DNA of 63,612 nucleotides, the filler included, from Reclinomonas americana ATCC 50394 (taxonomy: Eukaryota): NCBI GenBank assembly GCA_048213135.1. It is 5 parts of 2 records of this genome, joined end to end, with 100 filler letters (N's around TTAATTAATTAA, not from the genome) between each part and the next. Parts side by side here need not be neighbours in the genome. Positions count along the whole stretch, not along the records: positions 25,322 to 31,431 come from PS015100.1; positions 31,532 to 34,290 come from PS015100.1; positions 34,391 to 43,878 come from PS015100.1; 2 more parts are not named here. One strand, 5' to 3'. The translations under genes and the position numbers were made by a program. Below, piece by piece: positions 28,401-41,812 of this stretch (within the stretch, counting starts at the first letter, position 1; the number at the start of each line of letters is the position of its first letter). The notes beneath the pieces were generated by a model. That model saw nothing but the letters and a program-made list of their open reading frames with translations, was not told the DNA's origin and did no database searches.

Positions 28401-31378
28401 TGCGGGAGTCATGGGCCCGTCGCTAGTGGTGAGCTGCATTCCGCATTCTGTTTGCATCCAATCTTCGTCGCGCTAATGCTGTGTGCAGGGTGTGTCGGCC
28501 GACAAACGCGCCGCGCTGCGCAAGTCTGTCAAGATTCCAGCGGTGCCACTGTCGCCGTCAGCGTCGCCAATGGCATCGGGAAGTGGCAGCCCCGCCGGCG
28601 GCAGTGGTGCGAGTCGCTTCAGCTCGTCGACCCGAGGCGGCTCCTCCGTAGATGACTCTGTCGGTGCCGAGTCTGTCATGTTGCATCCGGTGGTGCGTGA
28701 GGCCGCGGAGAGCCTTCTCGCCCACATCCTCCATCAATTCAACAATTTCCCACTGGCCGGCGGTGAGCTGCTGTTTGTTTTTGTGCCCTTGTGCGAGTTG
28801 ACGCCAACGTGGTCTCACACTCTTTTTCTCTATCTCAGGCGCGGAGACTCTGTCGAGTTCCTATGTAGAGTATTCGGAGAACTCGGTGGAGCCACTCACT
28901 GCTGGTCCATTTGTGGTGGCTGGTCCCGGGACCGAGTTCCCGTACGGAACCCGGCCACCGATGTTTTTTGAAATGCACGCCCGCCGGCTAATCTCTGTAC
29001 AAGACGCTGTCGACGACGATGGCAGTTGCGTTTCAGGGTTCACACCCCAACAGCTGCAGAATCACACTCTGTGCTGACTGGAATTATGCACAGCGCCGTG
29101 TGTCATTGTTGTCACTCGTGACATGACTGGCCGGTATGCCTGGAAGTGCCGGATGGTTGACGAGGAGCCGTCATTACCAACCGTGATTTCCGGCGGTGAA
29201 ATGCTGGATCGCAACCAGTCGACTTCGCTCGCGGTGTCGATTCCAGAAGGTGGCTCCATGTCGGGATCCCCTTCTCCATCGCCAGTATCTCCACTATTGT
29301 CACCACCAGGAGCACATCCGCGCAGCTCCTCTGTCTACCAGGATTGTGCGTGTATGTGTCTCTGTCTCCTCTAGTGTCGTCCATTGCACTGAGACGTGCT
29401 TTGCCTCAGCAGCTGGATCAGCGTTGGTGGCGGATGTGCGCTCGCGTGGTCACAGCATGGCCACGGTGACGGCTGGCGGAGACAAGGCGACGACGGCTGG
29501 TAGTGCGGCCGCACTTGCCGCCGTGGCGCTCGGGAACACGCTGTCTGCGCCACGAAGCACTCCCACCGGAGGCCATTTCCAGTTGCGTACGAATTGTGCT
29601 GCTTTGCTCGTTCCCGTTGCTGAACACTGTTGCCACGTCGGTGCAGACCACGGCGCGCAGGCTCCAGCCACGATCGCACAGACTCCACCGACACTGCATC
29701 ATCGGAGACCGGCAATCCGCGCAGTCCCCGCAATGTGCGCTTCGCCACTCTTGGTGGCTCGGGAGCGACGGCGCTGGTGAACAGCCTGACACTGGGAGCG
29801 CCAGACTCACCATCTGGATCGGCCTCTGACGTTGCTGCGGCTGCCGGTGCATCCTCTGCCTCTTCGTCGTCGTCGTCGCTGACGGCGTCAGCAGCGGCGG
29901 CGCCGCCCGAGCTGTGGACACCCGACCAACCACCGATGTTTAGCGAAGATTTGAATTTTGATCAGGTCGACATGCTCAAGCGACTACACGAGCAGTTGCG
30001 TTTCGAATCGCCTGGTGAATATTTGCGTACGTCGTGGAGTCGTCGCTCACCTATGTGCGTGGCGCAGCGTGCTGGCGACCTACACGGAAGCCGCTGCATT
30101 TGCGCAAGTCGTCCTGCCAACAATACCGGCGAATGTGGAGGTGCGAAGGAAAGACATGGAGACGGAGATGGACCGGCAAGAGGCTCGACAGCAGAGTCAT
30201 TCGCGACGCACACAATTGCAAATGTTGCGTAGCCGCCGTGCGCCAGCACATTGTGTGCCCCCCTGTGCCTAACACGTTGAGCAGGACACCCGCTCGACCA
30301 CCGCTGCCGTCGCCCGAGCACCCGTTCACACGCTTCAGTCGACTGCTGCTGACGCATTTCGGGTTCCTGTCGCTGAGTGGGCCAGAGCATTTTTGCCCGC
30401 TCGAGCTGAATCACAAATTTTTGAGGAGTCTGCGTGCGCTCGACATGCGATCAGAGTTGCGTCTTGCGTGTGTTCGTGTGTGCGCGCATGCACCGCACCG
30501 CGATAGCCGTCGCACTCACGGAGGGGGTCTGAAACGCAGCCGCGAGTCGCACAAGATTGGTATCGTGTACGTCCGTCTCGGACAGGAGGATGAGAGGGAG
30601 CTGTTTTTGAACGAGAGCGGTAGCGCTGAATATGAGCGCTTCCTGTTCTCTCTCGGCTGGAATGTGGACCTGAAGGCACACCGTGGCTTCCTCGGTGGCC
30701 TCTCCACCGACGGTCAGACGGGCGACACAGCACCCTACTGGTCAAATTCCACCACCGAGGCACTGTTCCACGTGGCCACTCGCATGCCAAACGTGGCGAC
30801 AGACGACGGGCGGCAGATTCACAAGGTGCGTGGTGGAAGAGAAAGTAAGAGCGGTTCTTTCTCTCCTGTTGGTCTGCGTGGGCTGACGACGAGGTGCGCT
30901 TGCAGAAACGGCACATTGGCAACGACTTTGTGCAAATCGTGTGGTGCGAACACTCGTGGGACTACTGGCCGTCGACGATCAAGTCGAACTTCAATCACGT
31001 GCGCATCGTCATCTACCCCGTCAGCAACTCCCTGTACCGCATCCAGCTGTTCGTGAAGGATCAAGTGCCGTTCTTTGGTCCGCTGATGAATCACATGCTG
31101 GTGCCGGCACGGCTTCTCGGCCCGCTTATTCGCATGACCTCGGTCAACGCGAATCGCGCCGTGCGTTACACCGACGAGCGATACAAGAGGCCGTTGCGTC
31201 CAATGACGATGATGACCTCGGCATTCGACTCGCTCACTCGCTCCTTCACAGACACCCAACACGACAAGATCTGCTGGCCGAGATCGTCGATCGCCACAAG
31301 CTCAATCTCTCCATCAAGGACTACTTTACCTCACTGCTCACACCCGCTGCCGACTTGTCGACAGCGCTACCCACGTAA
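25421..31378 (+). CDS. Ral GTPase-activating protein alpha-like (Rap/Ran-GAP domain), 5'-truncated
   Basis: LLHIFGQWLLEAC, FEDGRASAYSVLCRI, IVVTRDMTGRYAW, RESHKIGIVYV..GQEDE, FLFSLGWNVDL..HRGFLGGL, FHVATRMP, HKKRHIGNDFVQIVW (Asn-thumb motif) and PFFGPL. Stop is TAA 31376-31378. Confidence 0.88.
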
Positions 31379-31475
31379 ACCAAAATGTATTCTGTGTGTT
31401 GTATCGCCACGATAAAGCGACCGGTGCGGTCNNNNNNNNNNNNNNNNNNNNNNNNNNNNNNNNNNNNNNNNNNNN

Positions 31476-31487
31476 TTAATTAATTAA
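31476..31487. other. Artificial linker TTAATTAATTAA
   Basis: Same as 25266. Confidence 0.95.
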
Positions 31488-31531
31488 NNNNNNNNNNNNN
31501 NNNNNNNNNNNNNNNNNNNNNNNNNNNNNNN

Positions 31532-34290
31532 CCCGAGAAGCCAGTGTTGCACACGCAAGCGCCAAAGCCATCCAGCCGCCCGCGGTTCGAGCAGTTGCGC
31601 GTTGTGCATCCGTACGCCACCGACGCAAACTTGTACTGCGACGGGCACGGATCTGAGCCCGTATCGTTCGGGAAACGATCCAGGTTGCCACCGCTGGCCA
31701 GGAACTCGTAGCAGTACGACGTCGGCGGGTTCTGGTTGCACAGACCCTGGAAGTGCGCCGTCACGTCCTTGATGCATGTGGTGGTGTTGGCCAGCAGACT
31801 GCTTCCAGGCGGAACAGGGCATGTCGTGGCTGTGTGGAATGAACATGAGCAAACTAATCCTTCTCAACTCTCTCCCTTTGAAAAACGCAACTGTCGGTGC
31901 GGCCCCAGTTGGCCGACATCGCAAACACATACTGGCCAGCCGGGCATGCCACCACAATTGTACCGTCACTCGTAGTTGCCGCATTGTTGTCGTCCTGGCA
32001 GCCGGTCTGTCGCTGGATCGGCACGCAGTCCGGACCCGTGAAACCAGGTGCGCACTTGTTGCACGACGTGCCAGTGAAGCCAATCTTGCAAACGCAGTTG
32101 CCGTTGCCGTCGCACGTGCCGTGTCCATTGCAGGTGGTGGCCGCGCTGCAACCCTTGTCGCACTTCGGGCCGTACATGCCGTTGATGCACTGACTGCAGT
32201 CCGACCCACCATACGGGAAGAAGCAGTTGCAGGTCGCGTCCGCATTGCATGTGCCTTGCCCGCTGCACGACTCCACCGGACGGCACTCGCAGAACGGTCC
32301 GTTGATGCCCGGTCGGCACCCACACTTCTTCGTTACCGGATCGCAGATGCCGTTGTTGAAGTCCGTGCAGCTGTTGATGTTGTTCGGGTTGCACATGTCG
32401 CACTTGTCGCCCACAACACCAGGCTTGCAGGCGCAACCGGTGCCCAGCACACCCTCCGAGCACGACGTCGTGCCGTTGGACAAGCACTCGCTGCACAGGC
32501 CAGCGCACAGCGGTCCGTACCGACCAGGAGCGCACTTGTCGCACAGCGGTCCACTGAAGCCGTCCTTGCACTGGCAGCCCGTGCCTGTCACGCCCTCCGA
32601 GCATGTCGCCGTGCCGGCACCGTAGCAAGCGCTGCACTGGCTTGTGCACGTCGGACCAAACAGTCCCGGCAAGCACGTGCTGCACGACTTGCTGGCGTCG
32701 AATCCAGTCGTGCACACGCACGATCCGTCGGTCTGCGCCACACCCTTGCCGTTGCACGTCACCGCGTCCGTGTACTGGCAAGTCGAGCCAGTCGAGCCTG
32801 GCTTGCACACGCAGCCGGCACCAGAGCGACCCGGCACGCACTCCACCGTGTTGGCCACCACGCATGCAGCGCACCGGCCACTGCAATCAGCACCAAACGC
32901 CTGCACAATGCACTGATCGCACAGCGTGCCGGTGAAGCCGTTCTTGCACACGCAGCCGAGACCAGTGATGCCCTCGCTGCACGTCTGAGTGCCGCCGACA
33001 TCGCACTGCGAGCAGAGGNNNNNNNNNNNNNNNNNNNNNNNNNNNNNNNNNNNNNNNNNNNNNNNNNNNNNNNNNNNNNNNNNNNNNNNNNNNNNNNNNN
33101 NNNNNNNNNNNNNNNNNNNNNNNNNNNNNNNNNNNNNNNNNNNNNNNNNNNNNNNNNNNNNNNNNNNNNNNNNNNNNNNNNNNNNNNNNNNNNNNNNNNN
33201 NNNNNNNNNNNNNNNNNNNNNNNNNNNNNNNNNNNNNNNNNNNNNNNNNNNNNNNNNNNNNNNNNNNNNNNNNNNNNNNNNNNNNNNNNNNNNNNNNNNN
33301 NNNNNNNNNNNNNNNNNNNNNNNNNNNNNNNNNNNNNNNNNNNNNNNNNNNNNNNNNNNNNNNNNNNNNNNNNNNNNNNNNNNNNNNNNNNNNNNNNNNN
33401 NNNNNNNNNNNNNNNNNNNNNNNNNNNNNNNNNNNNNNNNNNNNNNNNNNNNNNNNNNNNNNNNNNNNNNNNNNNNNNNNNNNNNNNNNNNNNNNNNNNN
33501 NNNNNNNNNNNNNNNNNNNNNNNNNNNNNNNNNNNNNNNNNNNNNNNNNNNNNNNNNNNNNNNNNNNNNNNNNNNNNNNNNNNNNNNNNNNNNNNNNNNN
33601 NNNNNNNNNNNNNNNNNNNNNNNNNNNNNNNNNNNNNNNNNNNNNNNNNNNNNNNNNNNNNNNNNNNNNNNNNNNNNNNNNNNNNNNNNNNNNNNNNNNN
33701 NNNNNNNNNNNNNNNNNNNNNNNNNNNNNNNNNNNNNNNNNNNNNNNNNNNNNNNNNNNNNNNNNNNNNNNNNNNNNNNNNNNNNNNNNNNNNNNNNNNN
33801 NNNNNNNNNNNNNNNNNNNNNNNNNNNNNNNNNNNNNNNNNNNNNNNNNNNNNNNNNNNNNNNNNNNNNNNNNNNNNNNNNNNNNNNNNNNNNNNNNNNN
33901 NNNNNNNNNNNNNNNNNNNNNNNNNNNNNNNNNNNNNNNNNNNNNNNNNNNNNNNNNNNNNNNNNNNNNCCGGCGCAAGCGGGTCCGTACCGGCCCGTCT
34001 GGCAGTTGGCGCAGTTGGGCGACTGGAAGCCAGAGTTGCACAGGCACTGCGCATCCGACTGGCACACTCCGTAGCCGCTGCATGTGCCGGCGTTGGTGCA
34101 CTGGCACAGCGGGCCGTTGGTGCCGGCCGGGCACGAGCACTTGCCGTCACCCAGCGCACCCTCGTTGCATGTGCCACCATTCTCGCACAGCGGGCACACA
34201 CCCGAGCAGTCGGCACCGAAAAAGCCGGCCGGGCATGTGCACTTGCCGTCGCCCAACGCACCCTGGTTGCATGTGCCACCATTCTGGCAG
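31532..34290 (-). CDS. Cys-rich EGF/laminin-EGF repeat protein with an internal SUEL (rhamnose/galactose-binding) lectin-like domain; partial
   Basis: Many CxCxxG(F/Y)xGxxC repeats, then VACPAGQYVFAMSANWGRTD...DPCPSQYKFASVAYGC. A tandem coding repeat of about 108 nt lies at 34140-34290. Confidence 0.85.
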
Positions 34291-34334
34291 NNNNNNNNNN
34301 NNNNNNNNNNNNNNNNNNNNNNNNNNNNNNNNNN

Positions 34335-34346
34335 TTAATTAATTAA
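34335..34346. other. Artificial linker TTAATTAATTAA
   Basis: Same as 25266. Confidence 0.95.
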
Positions 34347-34390
34347 NNNNNNNNNNNNNNNNNNNNNNNNNNNNNNNNNNNNNNNNNNNN

Positions 34391-35463
34391 TTCGGGCACA
34401 CACCCGAGCAGTCGGCGCCATAAAAGCCGGCAGCACAAGTGCACTTGCCGTCGCCAGTGATGCCGTCAGCGCACGTTCCACCGTTCTTGCAGTTGCACGT
34501 GCCGAGGCAAGCCGCGCCGTAAAAGCCCGGCTGGCAGAAGCACAGGTTGCCACCGGCCACTGTGCCGTTCGGGTTGCACGTGCCGGCTGGTTGGCCGTTC
34601 GGGAGCACCGTCTGCACGTTGCTGCAAGAGGGGAAGGGGAGAGAAATGAGGATGAGGACGAGGACAAAGGGAGACACCGATTGAGGTGAGCCTCACCAGT
34701 CAGTGGCCTGGTTGCACTCGCAGGCGGCTCCCATGAAGCCCGCCACGCAGCTGCACGTGAAGTCGACCGTCAAGTACTTGTACACGGCCGGGCACGGCTC
34801 GTTGAGCGCGCCATTGGCGCTCTGGCCCACGCGGTTGAGCGGGCCATCATCCGCCACACTGACGGCGCACGACGCTTGCCCAGCGCACGCCGCCGCCACA
34901 AAGCTCGTCACATCCACATCCGACGGAGCGCACGTTTGCGAGTCGACGCGCGTGTTGCCAAACATGGATGAGATCGGGCACGTGGTCAATACTGCAGCAG
35001 CATGCGACGTGAGGCTTCTTGTGTCGATCGCTGACAATTAGGATAGCTTAGAGAGCGTACCTTGACTGCGTCCCCACGATGCCGAGTTGATCACCACAGG
35101 CAAGGTGTTGCCGAGTGGCCGCAACTGTCCTCCGCAAGTGATATTAGCTTGCAGGTTCATATCCGTACTCGAAGCTGTTGTTGTTGCTTCAAAACGTCAA
35201 TACAACTGCACAACAAAAAGAAAACGGTGGCAAAAAATAGCCCGCGCAACTCTGTCCACACTTGATGTTCCGACCTGCACGTAGCACAAAGAAACCAACA
35301 AGTCCGATGGTGAGAAACCAAGACAAGACAATGAGAGGCAACAGTCAACGCAACGAGCTTCGGCTCCACTTGTACAGCACACCACACATGTCACTGCAAG
35401 AAGAAGGAGGACAGCGAGTGTCGCTGTTGATCGTCGTTGTTGTTGTTGTTGCATGATGTTCAT
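34391..35463 (-). CDS. N-terminal part of a secreted SUEL-lectin/EGF protein (probably the same gene as 31532-34290)
   Basis: Signal peptide [24 protein letters not shown]...[11 protein letters not shown]...[16 protein letters not shown] (SUEL signature), then EGF repeats nearly identical to those beyond the linker ([19 protein letters not shown]). Confidence 0.8.
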
Positions 35464-35849
35464 CTACTCTATGTACTGTTGTTTGCTCCACTCAATCCTC
35501 TCTCTAAAAGAATGCTCTCTGGCGCACCCCTCAACGCCTCTCTATGGTGCAGATCGGTGAGCGTAACCTCCGCGTTCTGACACACACAAAACAAAAGTGA
35601 GTAACGCATCCTCGCGGTCGCACAGGTTGTTCCGACGCGATGAGAATTTCCCGCCAAAAATTGTTCCGAAGGTTTCACTTGGTGATTGTCGACAGCAGCT
35701 TGTGGAAAGCGTTGGACTGCAGAAGCTGCGCGACAGGGTCGAGCTCAGCGGCAGCTCTCCCAGCAGGCTGCTGGCCTCCAAAGAGCAGGGGGGAGTCGTC
35801 GCCAGCGGCGGCCGGCTGCATTACTAATTGATAGGGAAAATGGCGCAGC

Positions 35850-37280
35850 TCAGTTGTCGCGCAGCGTAGGCATGCAGGCGAGTGTCAACGTACCCTTATC
35901 TGCTGTCGACGACGACGAGGAGGAGGAAGAGGAGGAGGAGGCGGTCGGCGGCTCCTTCTTGCCACCTGCAGCTGCGTGTCCGGATTTGCTGCTTGCGCTC
36001 TTGGCGGCTTCTGCGAGGGCGAGGAAATAAACAATGGGTTGGGGGGGAAAGAGGCACGAAGGGTGGTGGAGCCGCACTTTCGGTTGCACCGGTGGACGAC
36101 AGCGGTGACGGCGCCTCTGCATCCAACTCTATCACAACCTGTCAGCGTCAACTATTGGCGTGGAAGACTCCTGCAACGAAAACACTCACCCATCTCCAGC
36201 GTCTCCTCCTCGGTCTTCTTCGAGCCCGTTCGAGTGCTCTTGCTCGCCGCATGCGTCTCCTTCGCCTCATCGTCTCCACTGTCCGTTCTGTTTACCTTTA
36301 CACCCGTCTTGCTCGTCGTCATCGTCGTCGTCGACTTGGCTCCTGCGCGACAAACCACATCAGTCGTGCCTTTCATCTCCAACAATAAGAATCCAACAGG
36401 CACACGCACCATCGGCTATTCTCTTCGCAGCCTCCTCTCCCACTGGGCGACACCGCACAGCGAAGTCAGCGCCCCGCGTCACTACTACTCGTCACTGTCC
36501 CCAACATCCACAACAACAACAACAACAACAGCACCACGACCATTCGCCAATCGCTTCTCCGCACCACGTTTCTTGCTCTTGGGCACCACCACCGTAGCAG
36601 TCACCTCGTCCTCGTCCTCATCCGCAGTGAGATCCACGACATTGCCAGTGGCCGCAATGCTCGGTGTCGACATTGCCATCATAGGCGGCGGCTGCACGAT
36701 CTTTCGTCGCTTTTTCGCCGGTTGCGCTGCCTGCTGCTGCTGCTGCTTGCTCGCTGCTGCCGTTGTGCTACTGCTACTACTGCTACTGCTGCTTGGCACA
36801 GGCTCGCGAGGGCGTTTTCCACTTGCTCGATCGCGATCGACATGCATTGTTGTCGAGGAAGAAGGCAATGCAGCTGTCCACTCGCGCTGGAACTGCTCCA
36901 ACAGCTCCGAGTAGTGTGCGTTCCACCAGTCGGTGATTTGTTGCTGCGCGCGCACGTGTGTGTGTGTGTGTGTGTTTGCCTCTGTGTTTGCTCTCTCTCA
37001 CCTGTGTGAGTGGGTTGTTGACGACTGCGTGTCCCTGTGTCTCCAGCATGCTCAGCAGGTTGTCATAGAGCTTCTGAGTGTAGTCGGGGCAGGGCACGTT
37101 GGCCTCGGTCACTGCCGCTCGCCCACTCCACTTGCCCGCAGACAGAAACGATTGCCTGCTCACACACATACAGAGAGAGAGTGAGTGAGAATGCGCGTGC
37201 TCTCTCTCACATACACACACAGAGAGGCACACGCACATCTGCTTGGAGATCTTGTCGAGGAAGTCGTGCGCCTTGCTCAT
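35850..37280 (-). CDS. Hypothetical low-complexity protein with an NLS-like motif; 3' end uncertain
   Basis: Exons MSKAHDFLDKISKQ / QSFLSAGKW...NNPLTQ / QITDWWNAHYSELLEQF...PAKKRRK...VVDLT with GT-AG borders. Confidence 0.5.
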
Positions 37281-37374
37281 TCTCTGACAAGCTGATGAGA
37301 AATTGATTGAATTTTTATCTTGTCACGAGCTGTCACACACTTTTTCCCCCCTTTTTCCTTTTTTTTCTGCTCGA

Positions 37375-40300
37375 TCACAGCTTCCACATGTTCTTCTTCG
37401 TCATGTGGTCGTCGACGAGACGCCAGAATTCGAGGTATTTGGATCGGTCCATGTATCGCATGTGGTTTTCCTTGGAGATCTGTACACAGTAGTGAGCAAG
37501 TGTGTGTGTCGTGTGCAAGTACGCGAGCGTTGCAGGAAAAGACCGTGAGTGTCTTGACGTTCCAGTTTGCCACGTTCGGGTGCGCCTTCTCGTCGGTGAA
37601 GTGCAGGTGGAAGCCGCGGACTGCGTGCGTCTTTTTGAGCAGCAGCAACCCGCACGCACATAGCAAAGCACGCGCGGTCACGCAACACTTGGAGAAGATC
37701 TCTGCCGGCTGCGAGATGGGCCAGTCGGCAAACTGCCACGGCTGGCCGGTGACAAAGACGGCCACGGTGCGCTCAAAGTAGCCGGCGGGCAGCTTGGCCG
37801 GGTTGTCCAGCACGTCGTAAGTCATTGTCTGCCCGTTCGGTAGTGTGCGTGTGATGCGCACAAAGCTCTCCTTTTTCGGGTTGGCCTTGCGCTTCTCCTC
37901 CGAGAACACAAAGCTGGAGCACGCAACACCACCGACGTGCGTGAGTGGGATGGGGGAGGGGAGGAATACGCAGTGCGGCGTTTCGTGTGTGTGTCACGCA
38001 ACTTTCCGTCTTGTAGGAATTCCTTGGCATTGTACAGCGTGATGAGCGAGGTGGCGGCCGACGGCACCAGAATGATAAATGGTCGCTGCTTCTTGCCCTC
38101 GGGTGGCGCCGCNNNNNNNNNNNNNNNNNNNNNNNNNNNNNNNNNNNNNNNNNNNNNNNNNNNNNNNNNNNNNNNNNNNNNNNNNNNNNNNNNNNNNNNN
38201 NNNNNNNNNNNNNNNNNNNNNNNNNNNNNNNNNNNNNNNNNNNNNNNNNNNNNNNNNNNNNNNNNNNNNNNNNNNNNNNNNNNNNNNNNNNNNNNNNNNN
38301 NNNNNNNNNNNNNNNNNNNNNNNNNNNNNNNNNNNNNNNNNNNNNNNNNNNNNNNNNNNNNNNNNNNNNNNNNNNNNNNNNNNNNNNNNNNNNNNNNNNN
38401 NNNNNNNNNNNNNNNNNNNNNNNNNNNNNNNNNNNNNNNNNNNNNNNNNNNNNNNNNNNNNNNNNNNNNNNNNNNNNNNNNNNNNNNNNNNNNNNNNNNN
38501 NNNNNNNNNNNNNNNNNNNNNNNNNNNNNNNNNNNNNNNNNNNNNNNNNNNNNNNNNNNNNNNNNNNNNNNNNNNNNNNNNNNNNNNNNNNNNNNNNNNN
38601 NNNNNNNNNNNNNNNNNNNNNNNNNNNNNNNNNNNNNNNNNNNNNNNNNNNNNNNNNNNNNNNNNNNNNNNNNNNNNNNNNNNNNNNNNNNNNNNNNNNN
38701 NNNNNNNNNNNNNNNNNNNNNNNNNNNNNNNNNNNNNNNNNNNNNNNNNNNNNNNNNNNNNNNNNNNNNNNNNNNNNNNNNNNNNNNNNNNNNNNNNNNN
38801 NNNNNNNNNNNNNNNNNNNNNNNNNNNNNNNNNNNNNNNNNNNNCACAGGTGGGGCAAGAGAGAGCGGAACGAAAAGGGAGAGAGAGAGAGAGAGACTCA
38901 TTTACGTAACGATGTGTGCACAGCGCTGGATGCGTTTGGCGAGTCCGAGTACGCGCCCGGCGTGAAGCGGCGGCGCAAGCTGCAGGTGGAGGAGTTGTCG
39001 GCGGAGGTGCGTGAGCGACTGGAGGCGCTGCGCAATGAGTACTCGACGGCTGTGGCCTCCATCGTGGATGTGGCGGCGCCGAGCAGTCAACCGCAGCGCG
39101 GTGGTGGTTTCGAATCCAAGATCGAGCAAGCGCCGCCACTCGACATTTCACCATTCAATGAGTTGTTTGATCGCGACCGCCAGTTCGTGCAGCGTGTGAC
39201 GCAGCGCGAGCGCTCCATGCACGATCGTACCACCGTGTTGCGTGCCGAGCAGGCGCTGCAGACGGTGCAGGCCGGCACCACGGCCACTTCGGGGCGCGCA
39301 GGCACCGGCTCTGCTGTCTCCGCCTCACAACAGTCGTCACAAGGCTCCGCAAGTGGCGAGGCCGACAACCAGGCGAAGCGCGGTTACTTTTCCGATGTGT
39401 TGGAACTCTTCCGGCTGGTGCAGCGAACAGCGGTGCGTTTCCTTTCCTCGGGATGAGTTCATTTTGCAAAGATCTCACTGGCATTTGTACATACAGGCCA
39501 GTGAACCGGTGGCCACACACGCCACGGCCGCCGCCGGTGGTCCCGTCGGTGGACGACCCAGCGGTGGCCGGCCTGGCTCACCGACGTCGGCGCGCAAGTC
39601 CACGCAGCCAAAGAAGCCGGCCGTGGAACCGTCTCGTTTGGAGCGACAGGTGCCGGAGAACCAAGTATGGGGTCACGCCGGCATTGGCTCCGGTGCGTGT
39701 CTTGTCGTCGTAGCACTTGTGACCGTACACACAGTCACTCACCACGTCCACCAACCAGACGTGACGGACATTGTGGCAAACCCCTCCGGAACGCTGCTCC
39801 CCGTGCGCGTTGCGTCATTCCTCCCCCTTGTCTCGCACATGCCCTTTCTCACTCATCGCACGCAGTCGGCCTCCTCCTCCACAACCTCTTCGTCGTCCAC
39901 CGCTCCGCGGTCATCGTCCGCTCCCCGGCCAGCCCCACCATCAAAACCAACGACCGCCGCTGCTCCGCCGCCTCCCCCTCCTGCATCTTCGTCCTCCTCC
40001 TCCGCTGGCGCTGCAACAGCAGCAGCCGGAGGTTCAGGAGCANNNNNNNNNNNNNNNNNNNNNNNNNNNNNNNNNNNNNNNNNNNNNNNNNNNNNNNNNN
40101 NNNNNNNNNNNNNNNNNNNNNNNNNNNNNNNNNNNNNNNNNNNNNNNNNNNNNNNNNNNNNNNNNNNNNNNNNNNNNNNNNNNNNNNNNNNNNNNNNNNN
40201 NNNNNNNNNNNNNNNNNNNNNNNNNNNNNNNNNNNNNNNNNNNNNNNNNNNNNNNNNNNNNNNNNNNNNNNNNNNNNNNNNNNNNNNNNNNNNNNNNNNN

Positions 40301-40984
40301 NNNNNNNNNNNNNNNNNNNNNNNNNNNNNNNNNNNNNNNNNNNNNNNGGGGGAAGACGGAAGGGGGAAGACGGAAGGGGGAAGACAAAGGAGGGGAAGAG
40401 CAAGGGAAGAGCAAGGGGGAAGAGCAAGGGGGAAGAGTGGGGGAAGAATGGGGGAAGAACTGGGAAGACAAGGAGGAAGAGGGGGAGAGACAAGATGAGT
40501 ATGGAAGGAGCAGGCAGCAGCAAGAGAGAGAGAGAGAGCAAGAAAGACAAAGGAGACTGCCCAGTGAGAGACAAGAGAGAGAGAGACTGTCCTGAGAGAG
40601 ACAATAGTGAGAGAGGAGAGGCCACGGAACTGATAACGCGAGGCCAGCACAGTGTACTGCGCGTGAGGCAAGTGCGCGCTCTTCAAGAAGAACTGTGTGT
40701 GCGCGTGCGTGTCAGTCAAAGTGTCACACTGTGTGTGTGTCTTTTGGAAATGCAGACCCAAATGGCGTCCAGAGGATATGGCCTGTGTGTGTGAGAGTGA
40801 GTGTGAGAGACACACACACAAAGAGAAAGAGAGAGTGGAGTTGTCGCAACTTGCCAAGAGAGGTTCGCAGAGAGGTCTCATAAGAGCGAGGCACGCGTGT
40901 GTCTCCAAAGACCACCTCATCGCGGTCGAGAATGACCGGGCGACGAGAGGAGATGTGCTCGCGGAGGAGGAGAAGCGGGTCCAT
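37375..40984 (-). CDS. CDC73: Parafibromin / Paf1 complex subunit Cdc73
   Basis: N-terminus MDPLLLLREH...VVFGD...YPLDAIWFFL. C-terminal Ras-like domain FIILVPSAATSLITLYNAKEFLQDG, VAVFVTGQPWQFADWP, RGFHLHF, WNVKTLTISK and FWRLVDDHM. The middle exons are on the opposite strand (next feature). Confidence 0.92.
38845..40042 (+). other. CDC73: Gap-bounded segment carrying the middle exons of CDC73 in inverted orientation
   Basis: FVQRVTQRERSMHDRTTVL...YFSDVL matches the central Cdc73 region. Its end (GGSGA) reads in frame into the minus-strand AAPPEGKKQRP at 38112. Confidence 0.8.
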
Positions 40985-41067
40985 GGTGGTGGTGCGCTCT
41001 CGCCGTTTCGCTGTCGACTGTGAATGGGACAAGTCGCGTCCCACAGCTCGAGGGAACGAGACTTGCA

Positions 41068-41305
41068 ACCAACAACAACAACTTTGCTAACAGAGAGCAA
41101 CGCAGCTGCATGATTTGAGTGAGCACCAGAAACGGAGACATCACGGAATTCGAAACAGCGAGCTTGAGAGAATTCGAAAGTCGATATCGCGATCGCGACG
41201 TCGAAACAATCGCAACAACAACAATTTTGCTAATCCAGACAGCAGCACAGCTTTTCGAGTGAGCACCAGAAAGTGAGATCGAGACATCACGGTAACAGCG
41301 AGAGA
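41068..41305. repeat. Imperfect direct duplication upstream of CDC73
   Basis: caacaacaacaa(c/t)tttgctaa ... gagtgagcaccagaaa ... gagacatcacgg occurs twice about 140 nt apart. Confidence 0.7.
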
Positions 41306-41812
41306 AAATCGATTGCGAAGTCGACAGGCCGCCATCATGCGTTTGATTGGCTTGGGGAAGATGCCTGTTGGAGAAGAGTAATTGTGTGTTTGTATATTGT
41401 CGGTGTGCCAGGGTCATTGTCGGTGAGGGAGTTGTGGCCATTTGTCGCATATTGGAATGTGGTGGCGAATGAAGTGTTTTGCTCGTTTGTCCAAATAGAA
41501 CGCTCTCGTCGCTCCGCCGTAGCCAGTGGTATTCTTTTTTATGTGTCGCAAAATGTTTTCTCTGGATTCGATCTGGCTTTGTCTCTCGCTCTCTCTAATG
41601 TTCGCTCTCTGGCAGTCTGATATTGGGGGGACCGAGAATCGCTGTCAATCGCGACTAACGCCCATGGGTTGAATTCTGCATCCGGTTGCGCTGACTCTCC
41701 GTAAGTGAAGCCAACGGAACGCGGGCTTGCAGCACCGCCTCAGTCGTGGCAGTCTTCTTCCACTGCCGCCGCTGCATGTTTGACGTTGGGGATGGACGAC
41801 GATGGCGTCGTC

